Below, piece after piece: positions 1-10,122 of a stretch of DNA of 32,508 nt. The position numbers were made by a program, and so were the translations under genes. Source of the DNA: Nemertoderma westbladi (Eukaryota > Animalia > Xenacoelomorpha); contig JAUCBJ010009038.1 in the NCBI GenBank assembly GCA_032718475.1, positions 1 to 32,508 on the forward strand. The letters run 5' to 3'. Below the pieces are notes generated by a model. The model saw nothing but the letters and a program-made list of their open reading frames with translations. It was not told the origin of the DNA and ran no database searches. How positions within the stretch are numbered: position 1 is the first letter of the stretch; the number at the start of each line of letters is the position of its first letter.

Positions 1-845
1 TATCTATATATGTCAATCCCAGCTGGACTATATGAACCGCATACAGGCGCCCGAGCTATCGGGCTTAACAATTCAATTTTAATTGGAATAATTGAATTAG
101 GACCGCGGTAACTATTTTCAGCTTGTATTATTGGAAACATTTTTTCATTACGGCGTATTTTACCTAAAAAAAGTCCGAAAAGAAAGGTAACAATGAATAA
201 TATATTTGAAAAAATGATCTTATCTATAGACTCAAGCTGCCCTAGTATTGCCATGTCGCTTAATCAATAATATTTTGACCAATGGGTATATTTATAATGG
301 GTGTGTCTTTAAAACGCCGCTCGCGCGCCGCAATCGTTCGTTTTTAGTAAATGTGATTACAGAAAAATATCTGTCGGGAGAGAAAAGTTTGCGATCCCGA
401 CATTAAATTAAATTCGCTCATGCTTAAAATTATGAAACTTCTAAGAAGCTACACAGTTAATACAGTTGACGTCAATCAATTTAACCGTGAGTAATATTCT
501 GTGGAATTTCGGGGGTGTGTCTTATAGAAATTTCTATCGGCCGCATTAATCGCCACCGCAAGGCTGTCACCACTTACGTCAACCAATTTAAGCGTAAATA
601 AATATTTCCCTTGAAATTTATAGGAAGTTTTTCAAAAAAATTCTCTCAGGACAATAGCGATTAATCCGGTTGAGCGGTTAAAATATACCCGTTTTCCCGA
701 TAGCCGATTATATTATAAATACGTCGTAAAATACTTTATTTTGTCATTCAGGTTAATTCATTCATTATCATATTTTTCGCACATTGTATAGCGCGATATT
801 ATTGTATTTTTATACTTAATTATTAATATTTCACAAAATTTGTTG

Positions 846-2138
846 ATGGAATCTGTGAAACCATCACAACCAAAAATGATGTCATTAAGCGGTAGCTCTA
901 CTGATAGCACGCCCGCCCCATACGTATCGGTGATTACAGGTAAGAGTGTGTGGGGCCTCGAGTGTTTGGGGGAAGGAATAGAAATAAAAGCATTTAACGG
1001 GAAATACGTTCGATTCAACCGTTGGGGTGATACCAAAGGACGCAACGTCGTACAAGAATCGGTAAGTCTTACTTACCAGAACATAAGATTCCTGTTTGAC
1101 TTCCTCAATTATAATAAAATAGCCGTTGAATATTACAAGGAATACACCCGAGGCAATTTGCTTATAACACCAATAAATCATGCGTACTTACGCATTGGGA
1201 AAAACGGCGCATCAATTTTTATCTCGCGAAAAATTCTAGATGTCTTACAAAACATCTACGGCAAAGTCGTTCTTTCCCGTATTGAACCAAAAAAGAAGGA
1301 AATTCATGATGAGAATTTTATGGAGTTCGAAGATTGTGGGTACATTGGATATATCTACGACTTTGAAGGGCAACGATTTGTCGGCGTTTGGGAAGCGGAT
1401 GATATAGGTAGACAGCGGAAGGGTGTTATATATTACGATGGGTTGAATCTCAGAGCGGATGAATTCTGTTTGCTCGACTTTAACATAGATAAGAATGTTA
1501 ACGAGAATATCGATGAGGTTAGTATGAGGTACACATCAACCGTTAACAAAAACGGGATATATTTGTCCCACAACTTCGACACCAAGGTTATTTTCATCCC
1601 TCGAAACAACGCAAATGTCGAGATAATTAAGCAATTACAGAAGTACGCGGACCGCGATATTCCGTCTGGGTGTGAGTTTCTACCGATTAAAAAGTTAGTT
1701 GTTGAGGCTGCGATTGATGAATTAGTGGACGAGGAACTAATGAAAGTGGTAATGCCGAACAACGCTAGTCAGCTGAAGACGTCCGAAGCAGTAAAAGTCG
1801 CTGCTAAGAAAATGGATGAGAAAAAAATCTGGTTGCCTGCGATTGCAGAAAATGAACGGGTAGACGGCGCTGAAAAAAAGAATGATTATAAGGATATTGA
1901 TACCCTCGTTGGGGGTGTGAGCGCTCAGATGAAGATGAAAACACCTAAAGCCATGAAAGAACAAGCGCTTAAGCGAAAAATTGATCTCATCGTGAATAAA
2001 ACACCTAGCTATGAGTATGAAGATATCAGCGACTTCGAAGAGGACATCGTCAATTATACGGATGATGGTGAAGACATTTTCAATGAAATCGAGACTAATG
2101 GGCAACCTCAAATAAAGAAGAATAAACATTCAGTGTGA
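846..2138 (+). CDS. Intronless hypothetical protein (430 aa from ATG 846) with repeated PC4/PUR-like beta-beta-beta-alpha motifs and an acidic/basic C-terminal tail
   Basis: 1.3-kb uninterrupted ORF in AT-rich DNA, with TATAAA at 714-719 and AATAAA at 2244-2249. Segments IEIKAFNGKYVRFNRW...ESVSLTYQNIRFL and YIYDFEGQRFVGVWE...DGLNLRADEFCLL resemble the PC4 pattern (VxxFxGxxxVxIxE...GISLxxxxW/F). The domain call is by eye. Confidence 0.7.
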   Translation: MESVKPSQPKMMSLSGSSTDSTPAPYVSVITGKSVWGLECLGEGIEIKAFNGKYVRFNRWGDTKGRNVVQESVSLTYQNIRFLFDFLNYNKIAVEYYKEYTRGNLLITPINHAYLRIGKNGASIFISRKILDVLQNIYGKVVLSRIEPKKKEIHDENFMEFEDCGYIGYIYDFEGQRFVGVWEADDIGRQRKGVIYYDGLNLRADEFCLLDFNIDKNVNENIDEVSMRYTSTVNKNGIYLSHNFDTKVIFIPRNNANVEIIKQLQKYADRDIPSGCEFLPIKKLVVEAAIDELVDEELMKVVMPNNASQLKTSEAVKVAAKKMDEKKIWLPAIAENERVDGAEKKNDYKDIDTLVGGVSAQMKMKTPKAMKEQALKRKIDLIVNKTPSYEYEDISDFEEDIVNYTDDGEDIFNEIETNGQPQIKKNKHSV

Positions 2139-2334
2139 ATCTTCGAGCGGTAGAAACTTTATTATATAAATAGACCATGTTTCTGGTTGGTGTCATGGTA
2201 ACGGTTAAATTATTATTTGTGGGTTTAATGAATTATCGATTGAAATAAAAATGTTATATAGATTTAGTTATTTATTTATTTATTATACATGCATTTACCG
2301 GTATTTATTATTATTATTATTATACATATTATAC

Positions 2335-2775
2335 ATGGATGTGGTTAGAGAAGATGAGATTGTAGAGGATGAGATTGTGGAGGATGATGAGAGTATCGAG
2401 GATGATGAGATTGTGGAGGATGGGGATGATAATGAGAACGAAATGATACTGGTAGCAATGTATTTGACAGAAAAAGAAGAAGCGCGAGTGCAGAAATTGT
2501 TAGAGCCTAGGAATGCGTGGGAGGTGATAGAAAAAAAGTATTATATGGAAGAAGAGGCGAAGAAAAACAAGAGTGTGTGGGGGGAAGATTGGGAGTTGGA
2601 GATGGTGGCTGAGGGGGATAGGAGAGCAAAGGAGGCTGAGAGGTGCGCACGGGAGAAGGCAATGGAAGAAAGGATTGAGATGTTGATGGGAATGTTAGAG
2701 ATGTTAGGCGGTGGCGGAGGTAATGGCAATAATGTGGAGGATGTAGATAGCGAGGATAGTGGGATAAATGGGTGA
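2335..2775 (+). CDS. Small highly acidic hypothetical protein (146 aa, MDVVREDEIVEDEIVEDD...)
   Basis: Purine-rich ORF with EDEIV repeats and an E-rich helical middle. ATG 2335 is preferred over 2251 because 2251-2334 looks like AT-rich UTR. TATATAAA near 2164. Confidence 0.5.
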   Translation: MDVVREDEIVEDEIVEDDESIEDDEIVEDGDDNENEMILVAMYLTEKEEARVQKLLEPRNAWEVIEKKYYMEEEAKKNKSVWGEDWELEMVAEGDRRAKEAERCAREKAMEERIEMLMGMLEMLGGGGGNGNNVEDVDSEDSGING

Positions 2776-3390
2776 GGTGGCGGAAGAAATTTTAAAATAG
2801 TAATGGTGATGGATTTAAGTATAATAATCAAATTTGTTGGTATAATGATAATATTATAAATACAATAACCTTACTTCGCCGTAGCTCGCCCCACAACTCA
2901 TTAATGGCGCCCATATGCTAAGGCTTCACTCGCTTCATGGCTCGCCCCATTTTTTCAATGTTGGAAAGGAATGAAGGGGATGTTGGGTGATGGTGGTAGT
3001 GGTAATGATGTTGAGGATGAGGAAGAAGATTGGGCAGATGGTGATAGCGGGATAAGCGGGTGGGGTGGTGGGAGAAATTTTTAAATAAAGCGGCGCCGGA
3101 TTTAAGTAAATGATCAAATTAAAATAACCTTACTTCGATGCTATCACTCACTTCATGGCTCGCCCCATAGGTAGAATAATCAAATTAAAATAATATTATA
3201 AATACTATAACCTTATACTCACTTCGTGGCTCGCCCCACAACTTGTTGCGTAGTGATAAGTATAAATACAATAACCTTACTTCGATGCTATCACTCACTT
3301 CATGGCTCGCCCCCATAGGTAGAATAATCAAATTAAAATAATATTATAAATACCTTATTCTCACTTCGCGGCTCGCCCCCACAACTTATT
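2771..3390. repeat. Cluster of direct repeats carrying six copies of a (GG)CTCGCCCC terminal motif of a Helentron-like family
   Basis: CTCGCCCC occurs at ~2885, 2941, 3159, 3230, 3306 and 3373, mostly preceded by AATAACCTTA(CTTCG). 3124-3245 is near-duplicated at 3270-3388, and 2771-2835 resembles 3062-3120. The same motif occurs at 23095-23110 and inverted at 28878-28893. Confidence 0.75.
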
Positions 3391-3419
3391 GCTTGACAAT
3401 ATTGGTAGCCGCCGTTAGT

Positions 3420-3776
3420 CTGTGTTTATTCACCTTTTTTAGTTGTTGCGTCTGTAATAGTCTATCATGTTAAAGACTTTTATAACAAACGTCTGCAACC
3501 CACTTACTATATTGGGTTTTACCTATTGCAGTTCAAGGTCAAACGCCAACCGGTAGACACGAATTAATTAAATTACTTCCGTCTGCGAACTGGCCTTATA
3601 CCGCATATGTCACATATACACAGTGGTGACATATGTTACATATGCACAATGGTAACCATGGTAACCATAGTAAGTGGGTGGGGCAACAATGGTAATCATA
3701 GTAAGTAGGCGGGGTAAGAATGGTAACCACGGTAACCATAGTAAGTGGGTGGAGCAACAATGGTAATTATAGTAAG
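3420..3776 (-). mobile_element. Distal 3' UTR of the older antisense LINE, split off by the 3777-10289 insertion
   Basis: The 71-bp repeat at 3647-3776 continues at 10290-10310. 3451-3476 is an inverted match (23/26) to 10326-10351. Minus-strand AATAAA at 3425-3430. Confidence 0.55.
3647..3776. repeat. Short tandem repeat (71-bp period; ATGGTAACCA..TAGTAAGT.GG.GGGG subunits) that is the LINE insertion target
   Basis: AATGGTAACC at 3648 and 3719. The second unit is cut after ATAGTAAG and completed at 10298-10310. Confidence 0.75.
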
Positions 3777-3944
3777 AAAACTGCTAGTACTGCTATACTG
3801 CTTACCGGTAATGGTTTAATGGCCTAACCCCTGTTTTACTCTGGCAATAGTCTGACTCACAAATATTTAAAGCTACCGTATACAACAACTACTGAGTGTC
3901 GGTGTCACAGTGAAAACTACATCGAATAATCATACAGTTTTGCA

Positions 3945-4700
3945 ATGCCGCGCCCACGATCTGGTAACAGAAATACTGGACCATCCCCGCATCCGGCAAA
4001 CGGTGATGATACAGATGGTGAACAGGGTGGAACCGACTACTCGGGAAATTCATCGATTGAAACCCTAATCGCTGACCTTAGTAGAGAATTCAAAAGGGAG
4101 ATTTCGGTATTGAACGACAAAATCGATAAACTAACTAACCTTACTGAGGAAGTCGCTGAAGTGAAATACGAGAATACTATCCTTAAAGAAGAGCTTCAAA
4201 CCCTTAAAAAATCTCACGAGGACCTCGAACAATACACTCGACGCAATACCATACTTCTACACGGACTTAAAGAGGACCGACCGGTTAGCGAAACAGCTAA
4301 TGACCGACAATTTGTCGAGAAGCTTTTATCGCACTCAAGGTATGGCATCACAACAGGCCAGATCGACATCGTCCACCGTGTGGGAGCTAAACGAGACAAT
4401 CGCAACCGACCCATAATTATACGATTTATCGGACACGCCCAAAGGAACCAACTGCTCTACGTCCCCAAGAAAGACCACCCGGAACAAATGAAGGGGCTCT
4501 ACTTCACAGAGAACCTGATCCCACAGCGCGCTGCCATTCTCAATAAGGCGACGGACGCCAGGAGAAAACAACTGCTCCACTCCGCATACTCCCGAAATGG
4601 AAACGTATATGTCAAATACGACAGAGAGACCCCAGCAAAGCAGATCCCAACCGTGGACGCCCTAAATAATCTGCTGAAGTCGACTACTATTACAAAGTAG
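3945..4700 (+). CDS. LINE ORF1 protein (coiled coil + RRM + C-terminal domain; Transposase_22/L1-ORF1-like type)
   Basis: Heptad region followed by EDLEQYTRRNTILLHGLKE, IDIVHRVG, RPIIIRF, LYFTENL and SAYSRNGNVYVK, the motif order typical of this ORF1 class. Confidence 0.9.
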   Translation: MPRPRSGNRNTGPSPHPANGDDTDGEQGGTDYSGNSSIETLIADLSREFKREISVLNDKIDKLTNLTEEVAEVKYENTILKEELQTLKKSHEDLEQYTRRNTILLHGLKEDRPVSETANDRQFVEKLLSHSRYGITTGQIDIVHRVGAKRDNRNRPIIIRFIGHAQRNQLLYVPKKDHPEQMKGLYFTENLIPQRAAILNKATDARRKQLLHSAYSRNGNVYVKYDRETPAKQIPTVDALNNLLKSTTITK

Positions 4701-4754
4701 CTCCAGAAAGATCGAGAATCGGAATGTATCGCAACCCTTTTTCACGGCTTTCTG

Positions 4755-6320
4755 TAACTAAATGTGTCAGCATTACACTATAATTTAAATATTACTTAAT
4801 AAATATAATATGAACGGTGTATATGGTATTTTAATATATACCTACTAAGTTTTCACTATCAAACTAAAATTTAGTATATACAAATATATGAACGGTGTAT
4901 ATGGTATTTTAATATATACCTACTAAGTTTTCACTATCAAACTAAAATTTAGTATATACAAATATATGAACGGTGTATATGGTATTTTAATATATACCTA
5001 CTAAGTTTTCACTATCAAACTGAGTAACTAAATGTGTCAGCATTACACTATGATTTAAATATTACTTAATAAATATAATTTAGTATATACAGATATATGA
5101 ACGGTGTATATGGTATTTTAATATATACCTACTAAGTTTTCACTATCAAACTAAAATTTAGTATATACAAATATATGAACGGTGTATATGGTATTTTAAT
5201 ATATACCTACTAAGTTTTCACTATCAAACTAAAATTTAGTATATACAAATATATGAACGGTGTATATGGTATTTTAATATATACCTACTAAGTTTTCACT
5301 ATCAAACTAAAATTTAGTATATACAAATATATGAACGGTGTATATGGTATTTTAATATAACTAAATGTGTCAGCATTACACTATGATTTAAATATTACTT
5401 AATAAATATAATTTAGTATATACAGATATATGAACGGTGTATATGGTATTTTAATATATACCTACTAAGTTTTCACTATCAAACTAAAATTTAGTATATA
5501 CAGATATATGAACGGTGTTTATGGCTTTTTAGTATATACCTACTAAGTTTACAATATCAAACTAAGTAACTAAATGTGTCAGCATTACACTATGATTTAA
5601 ATATTACTTAATAAATATAATTTAGTATATACAGATATATGAACGGTGTTTATGGCTTTTTAGTATATACCTACTAAGTTTACAATATCAAACTAAGTAA
5701 CTAAATGTGTCAGCATTACACTATGATTTAAATATTACTTAATAAATATAATTTAGTATATACAGATATATGAACGGTGTTTATGGCTTTTTAGTATATA
5801 CCTACTAAGTTTACAATATCAAACTAAGTAACTAAATGTGTCAGCATTACACTATGATTTAAATATTACTTAATAAATATAATTTAGTATATACAGATAT
5901 ATGAACGGTGTTTATGGCTTTTTAGTATATACCTACTAAGTTTACAATATCAAACTAAGTAACTAAATGTGTCAGCATTACACTATGATTTAAATATTAC
6001 TTAATAAATATAATTTAGTATATACAGATATATGAACGGTGTTTATGGCTTTTTAGTATATACCTACTAAGTTTACAATATCAAACTAAGTAACTAAATG
6101 TGTCAGCATTACACTATGATTTAAATATTACTTAATAAATATAATTTAGTATATACAGATATATGAACGGTGTTTATGGCTTTTTAGTATATACCTACTA
6201 AGTTTACAATATCAAACTAAGTAACTAAATGTGTCAGCATTACACTATGATTAAAATAAAAAATATACTAAATATGTATAATGTGTATATGAATGGTGTA
6301 TATGGTATTCTAGTATACCT
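4755..6320. repeat. AT-rich composite minisatellite (78-bp and 131-bp units) between ORF1 and ORF2
   Basis: TGAACGG anchors at 4811, 4889, 4967, 5098, 5176, 5254, 5332, 5431, 5509, 5640, 5771, 5902, 6033 and 6164. Spacings are 78, 131 and one of 99. Confidence 0.95.
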
Positions 6321-6573
6321 ATATATAGGTAGGTATATAGGTATATATAGGTAGCTTTGAACACTACTTTTTTTATTTTGCTAGAGTAGACTATCTGTCA
6401 GTGTTATAAATTTTTTATATTGGGCTATTGACTAATGGTAGCCGGTATTTTGTATACAATATAGCATAGAGGTATATCTGTCTATGCTACATATAATAGA
6501 TTTTTAGCTTAATAGTACGTATATATACATATTAGATAGGTATTGAACATTTTTTTTTTTTAGATAGAACCTT

Positions 6574-9500
6574 ATGTACCAAGGCAGTCACCCTTCGTGC
6601 GATTTTTGCTTCTCCCAAATAAATATTACAGAGAAACAATTTAACTGTACCCTTTGTCGCAATATATACCACGTACCCTGCGGAACACACTTAAGCACCT
6701 CTGATATACTAAACGGAAATACAACAGACAATAATTACTGTATATTCTGCAACCTAGAAATTTTCCCTTTTGCTGTAGTTCCAGACAATGACACTGACAT
6801 ATTTAACCAGTACTCGAACAGAGACGAGAGTTCTTTACCAACAGACTACACTGAGACAAACAACATATTTGAAGACATAGACCCGGACCAAAATATAAAC
6901 TCAAATAACACAGACGGTACATACTTTACAGAACAGAAATTTAATGAAGCTACATTCAAAAAATCACTACTGGTATACCACATAAACTGTAGGAGCCTAA
7001 ATAAAAACCTGACATCGACCATCGACTATCTCAACTTGCTCGACAAACGGTTTGATGTAATTACCTTTACAGAGACTTTTTTGACAGACGAAACTGACCT
7101 AACTACTTTAAATATAGACGGATACTCGCAACCATTAGTAGACAACAGACAGTATGGAAAACGGAGCCGTGGTGGAACTGCCATTTACGTAAAAAACGGA
7201 CTAGAATACACCTGCCATACGGACATAAACATTGAACGCTGCGAATCTTCCTGGGTCAGTGTTTCCCAATCTAAACAAAGTAACAGAAAACCCATTTTAA
7301 TTGGTACCATATATCGACCCGAATCATACAAATTATCAGATTTTTTGGAAAATTTAAATTGTACATTAGATGAAATTTCAAATAAAAATATAGATTCAAT
7401 TATAACCGGTGATTTCAACATTGACCTTCTACGAAAACAAAACACTAACAGTAGTACATATCTTCAAACACTCGAATCCAATTCATTTGAACAACTGATT
7501 AAAGTAGCCACTAGAATTACGCTCCACTCAAAAACCTTGATTGATCATATCTTTACCAATATAAAGGATAAAACCTTAACTCCGGGTGTTTTTCAAGCAG
7601 AAGTAGGGACAACCGATCACTTAGGAACCTTCATATCAATACAAAACACAGCATGTTTTTTTAATCCACCGGAATCCCGCTTCAAATACGACTTTTCAAA
7701 ATTCGACAAAAAACTATTTTTAAGCGATCTAACTAAGACAAACAGCTGGACATATAAAAACGAAAAAAATGAAGACAAATTCAACCAATTTTATGAAGAC
7801 TTTAAAAAAATTGCAAATTTTCATCTTCCAAAAAAGAAAATAAACAAGGACGAAATACCTAGGAAACCTTGGATGACCGAAGGTCTAATTAAATCTATTA
7901 AAACTAAAAATAAAATGTACGTATCCGTTACAAAAAATATGACCGAAGAAAAACTAACTCAATATAAAAAATATAGAAATAAACTGACTAAAACACTCAG
8001 ACAGGCTGAAAAATCATTTTACGAAAACGAATTTGAAAAAAACAAATCAAACATAAGAAAGACATGGCAGACTATCAACACCGCATTAAAAAAATCAACT
8101 GCAAAAAAATCCCCTAAAAAAATTATTATTGACGAAAATGGAAAGAAAAGGGAAATTACTGACCCAGAGAAGATATGCAACGTATTCAACAATCACTTTG
8201 CTACTGTAGGATCCAGACTAGCAAAAGATCTACCAACAACAAATCGTAACCCAACGAGATATATTAACCATTGTAAACCCAACTCCTTTTCACTCGTAGA
8301 AACGACAAATACCGAAACTATTTACAATATACTTGATCTTGACAACTCTCGATCCACCAACGACAGTTTCCCTATTAAATTAATTAAAACAGCAGCGTAT
8401 GATCTCGCACCGCACCTAACCTACCTAATTAATCTATCAGTTAAGCATGGCTTTTTTCCCTCTAATCTAAAATCAGCAAAAATCATACCTGTATTTAAAT
8501 CTGGCGATCCCACTGATAAAAACAACTATAGGCCTATATCATTATTACCTGTATTTAGCAAGCTTTTCGAACGAGTAATCAACAATCAACTACTATCCTA
8601 CTTAAACAAAAATTCAATACTATCAGACAGCCAGTACGGTTTTAGAACACACTCCACTACGACAGACGCCATACTCACGGTAACTGAGAGACTACTACAG
8701 ATACTAGACTCACAGGAATATGCTTGTCTAGTATCTATCGACCTTAAGAAAGCATTTGATACACTACAACACCAAATACTATTGGACAAACTAGACTGCT
8801 ATGGCATACGAGGCATCCCACACAAACTGCTGACTAGCTACTTACACAAGAGAACACATACCGTTGCTATAGGCAACTCTACTTCAGAATCAATACATGC
8901 TTCCTGCGGTACCCCACAGGGAGCAATACTGAGCGCAACACTGTTCCTACTGTACATAAATGACCTACCAAATTGTACTTCACTACTAACAACACTATTT
9001 GCGGACGACACGAATCTACTTTATTATCACTCAAACCCTGACACACTACAAGACACTATCACTACTGAACTTAGTAAACTTGATCAGTGGCTCACTGACA
9101 ACCAACTATCACTAAACCTTAAAAAAACAGAACACTTAATTATCACAAATAAAAAACACGCCAACATTGCAAATATAAAAATACGACAAACTCCTATTAA
9201 AAAAGTAATTCACACAAAATTTCTTGGAATATGGATAGACAATGAACTAACATGGAAAAATCACTGTGCCTACGTGCTTAAAAAAATTTCAAAATCTATA
9301 GGTATTTTCTTTAAACTTCGCTACATTCTACCACTACACATACTTAAACTACTTTACCACTCCCTTATACAACCATACATTACATACGGGATAGTGATCT
9401 GGGGAAATGCTCAACCTGCACACATTAACCCAATTAAAATTAAAGTTAACAAACTTATCAGAGCAGTTACTTTCAGTCACTACCAAAAACACGCACCACC

Positions 9501-9828
9501 ACTTTACAAACAACTTAACATACTTCCGATCGAACAACTACACCGACTCGAAACCGCAAAATTAATGTGGGAAATCAACCACGGAAAGAAACAACCTTTT
9601 ATTACCTCACTGTTTAAACAAATATCCACTATACATACATATAACACACGGTCAGCCTCAAGTAAAAACTGTTTTATTCCACGTGTACGTTTACAACACG
9701 CACAAAAATCACTAAAATATCACGGTGCCATTGTCTGGAACTCGTTAGACAACAGTCTAAAACAATGCAAATCTAAAATATCACTCGCACACAAATTAAA
9801 AATTCAATTAATTTCTGAACTAAACTAA
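6574..9828 (+). CDS. LINE ORF2: N-terminal PHD-like zinc finger, AP endonuclease, reverse transcriptase (1084 aa, intact)
   Basis: PHD-like C4HC3: CDFC...CTLC...H..C...CIFC. APE motifs: HINCRSL, TETFL, GDFN, IDHIF, TDH. RT motifs: NYRPISLL, QYGFR, IDLKKAFD, GTPQGAILS, LFADD, KFLGIWID. C-terminal YNTR...WNSL is typical of CR1/L2-group elements. Confidence 0.97.
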   Translation: MYQGSHPSCDFCFSQINITEKQFNCTLCRNIYHVPCGTHLSTSDILNGNTTDNNYCIFCNLEIFPFAVVPDNDTDIFNQYSNRDESSLPTDYTETNNIFEDIDPDQNINSNNTDGTYFTEQKFNEATFKKSLLVYHINCRSLNKNLTSTIDYLNLLDKRFDVITFTETFLTDETDLTTLNIDGYSQPLVDNRQYGKRSRGGTAIYVKNGLEYTCHTDINIERCESSWVSVSQSKQSNRKPILIGTIYRPESYKLSDFLENLNCTLDEISNKNIDSIITGDFNIDLLRKQNTNSSTYLQTLESNSFEQLIKVATRITLHSKTLIDHIFTNIKDKTLTPGVFQAEVGTTDHLGTFISIQNTACFFNPPESRFKYDFSKFDKKLFLSDLTKTNSWTYKNEKNEDKFNQFYEDFKKIANFHLPKKKINKDEIPRKPWMTEGLIKSIKTKNKMYVSVTKNMTEEKLTQYKKYRNKLTKTLRQAEKSFYENEFEKNKSNIRKTWQTINTALKKSTAKKSPKKIIIDENGKKREITDPEKICNVFNNHFATVGSRLAKDLPTTNRNPTRYINHCKPNSFSLVETTNTETIYNILDLDNSRSTNDSFPIKLIKTAAYDLAPHLTYLINLSVKHGFFPSNLKSAKIIPVFKSGDPTDKNNYRPISLLPVFSKLFERVINNQLLSYLNKNSILSDSQYGFRTHSTTTDAILTVTERLLQILDSQEYACLVSIDLKKAFDTLQHQILLDKLDCYGIRGIPHKLLTSYLHKRTHTVAIGNSTSESIHASCGTPQGAILSATLFLLYINDLPNCTSLLTTLFADDTNLLYYHSNPDTLQDTITTELSKLDQWLTDNQLSLNLKKTEHLIITNKKHANIANIKIRQTPIKKVIHTKFLGIWIDNELTWKNHCAYVLKKISKSIGIFFKLRYILPLHILKLLYHSLIQPYITYGIVIWGNAQPAHINPIKIKVNKLIRAVTFSHYQKHAPPLYKQLNILPIEQLHRLETAKLMWEINHGKKQPFITSLFKQISTIHTYNTRSASSKNCFIPRVRLQHAQKSLKYHGAIVWNSLDNSLKQCKSKISLAHKLKIQLISELN

Positions 9829-10073
9829 ATAAAACATCAATACTGAACATAAGGGTACTTTAGTAGGTAAACTAAATTAAATAACATAAATAAATAAATA
9901 AAATAAAATTTAACAGTAAAACAATAATCACTTGAATAACTAACTTTTTTATAAACACAAACAAATACTATACACACATACTTTAATAACGTAGGGAAAG
10001 CAAAAACCGTATTATTCCTACCAAGGGTGACAGCCCAGCCCCCCCCCCCCCCCCCCCCCCTCCAAAAAGACCG

Positions 10074-10122
10074 CTGACGGAAGCCAACTACACTAGCTTA
10101 GGCTACAGTTGGCTTCTATCAG
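10074..10122 (+). other. LINE 3' UTR stem-loop
   Basis: GAAGCCAACT (10080-10089) pairs with AGTTGGCTTC (10107-10116), extended by outer CTGA/TCAG and inner TAGC/GCTA. CR1/L2-group RTs are known to recognise 3' stem-loops. Confidence 0.65.

Noticed and set aside
758-2831. Minus-strand ORFs overlapping the two + strand ORFs
   Set aside because: Antisense shadows of coding or low-complexity sequence.
6574-9828. Bacterial retron, DGR or group II intron RT system linked to the repeats
   Set aside because: The APE-RT architecture, ORF1, simple-repeat tail and TSD identify a non-LTR retrotransposon. There is no template/variable repeat pair.
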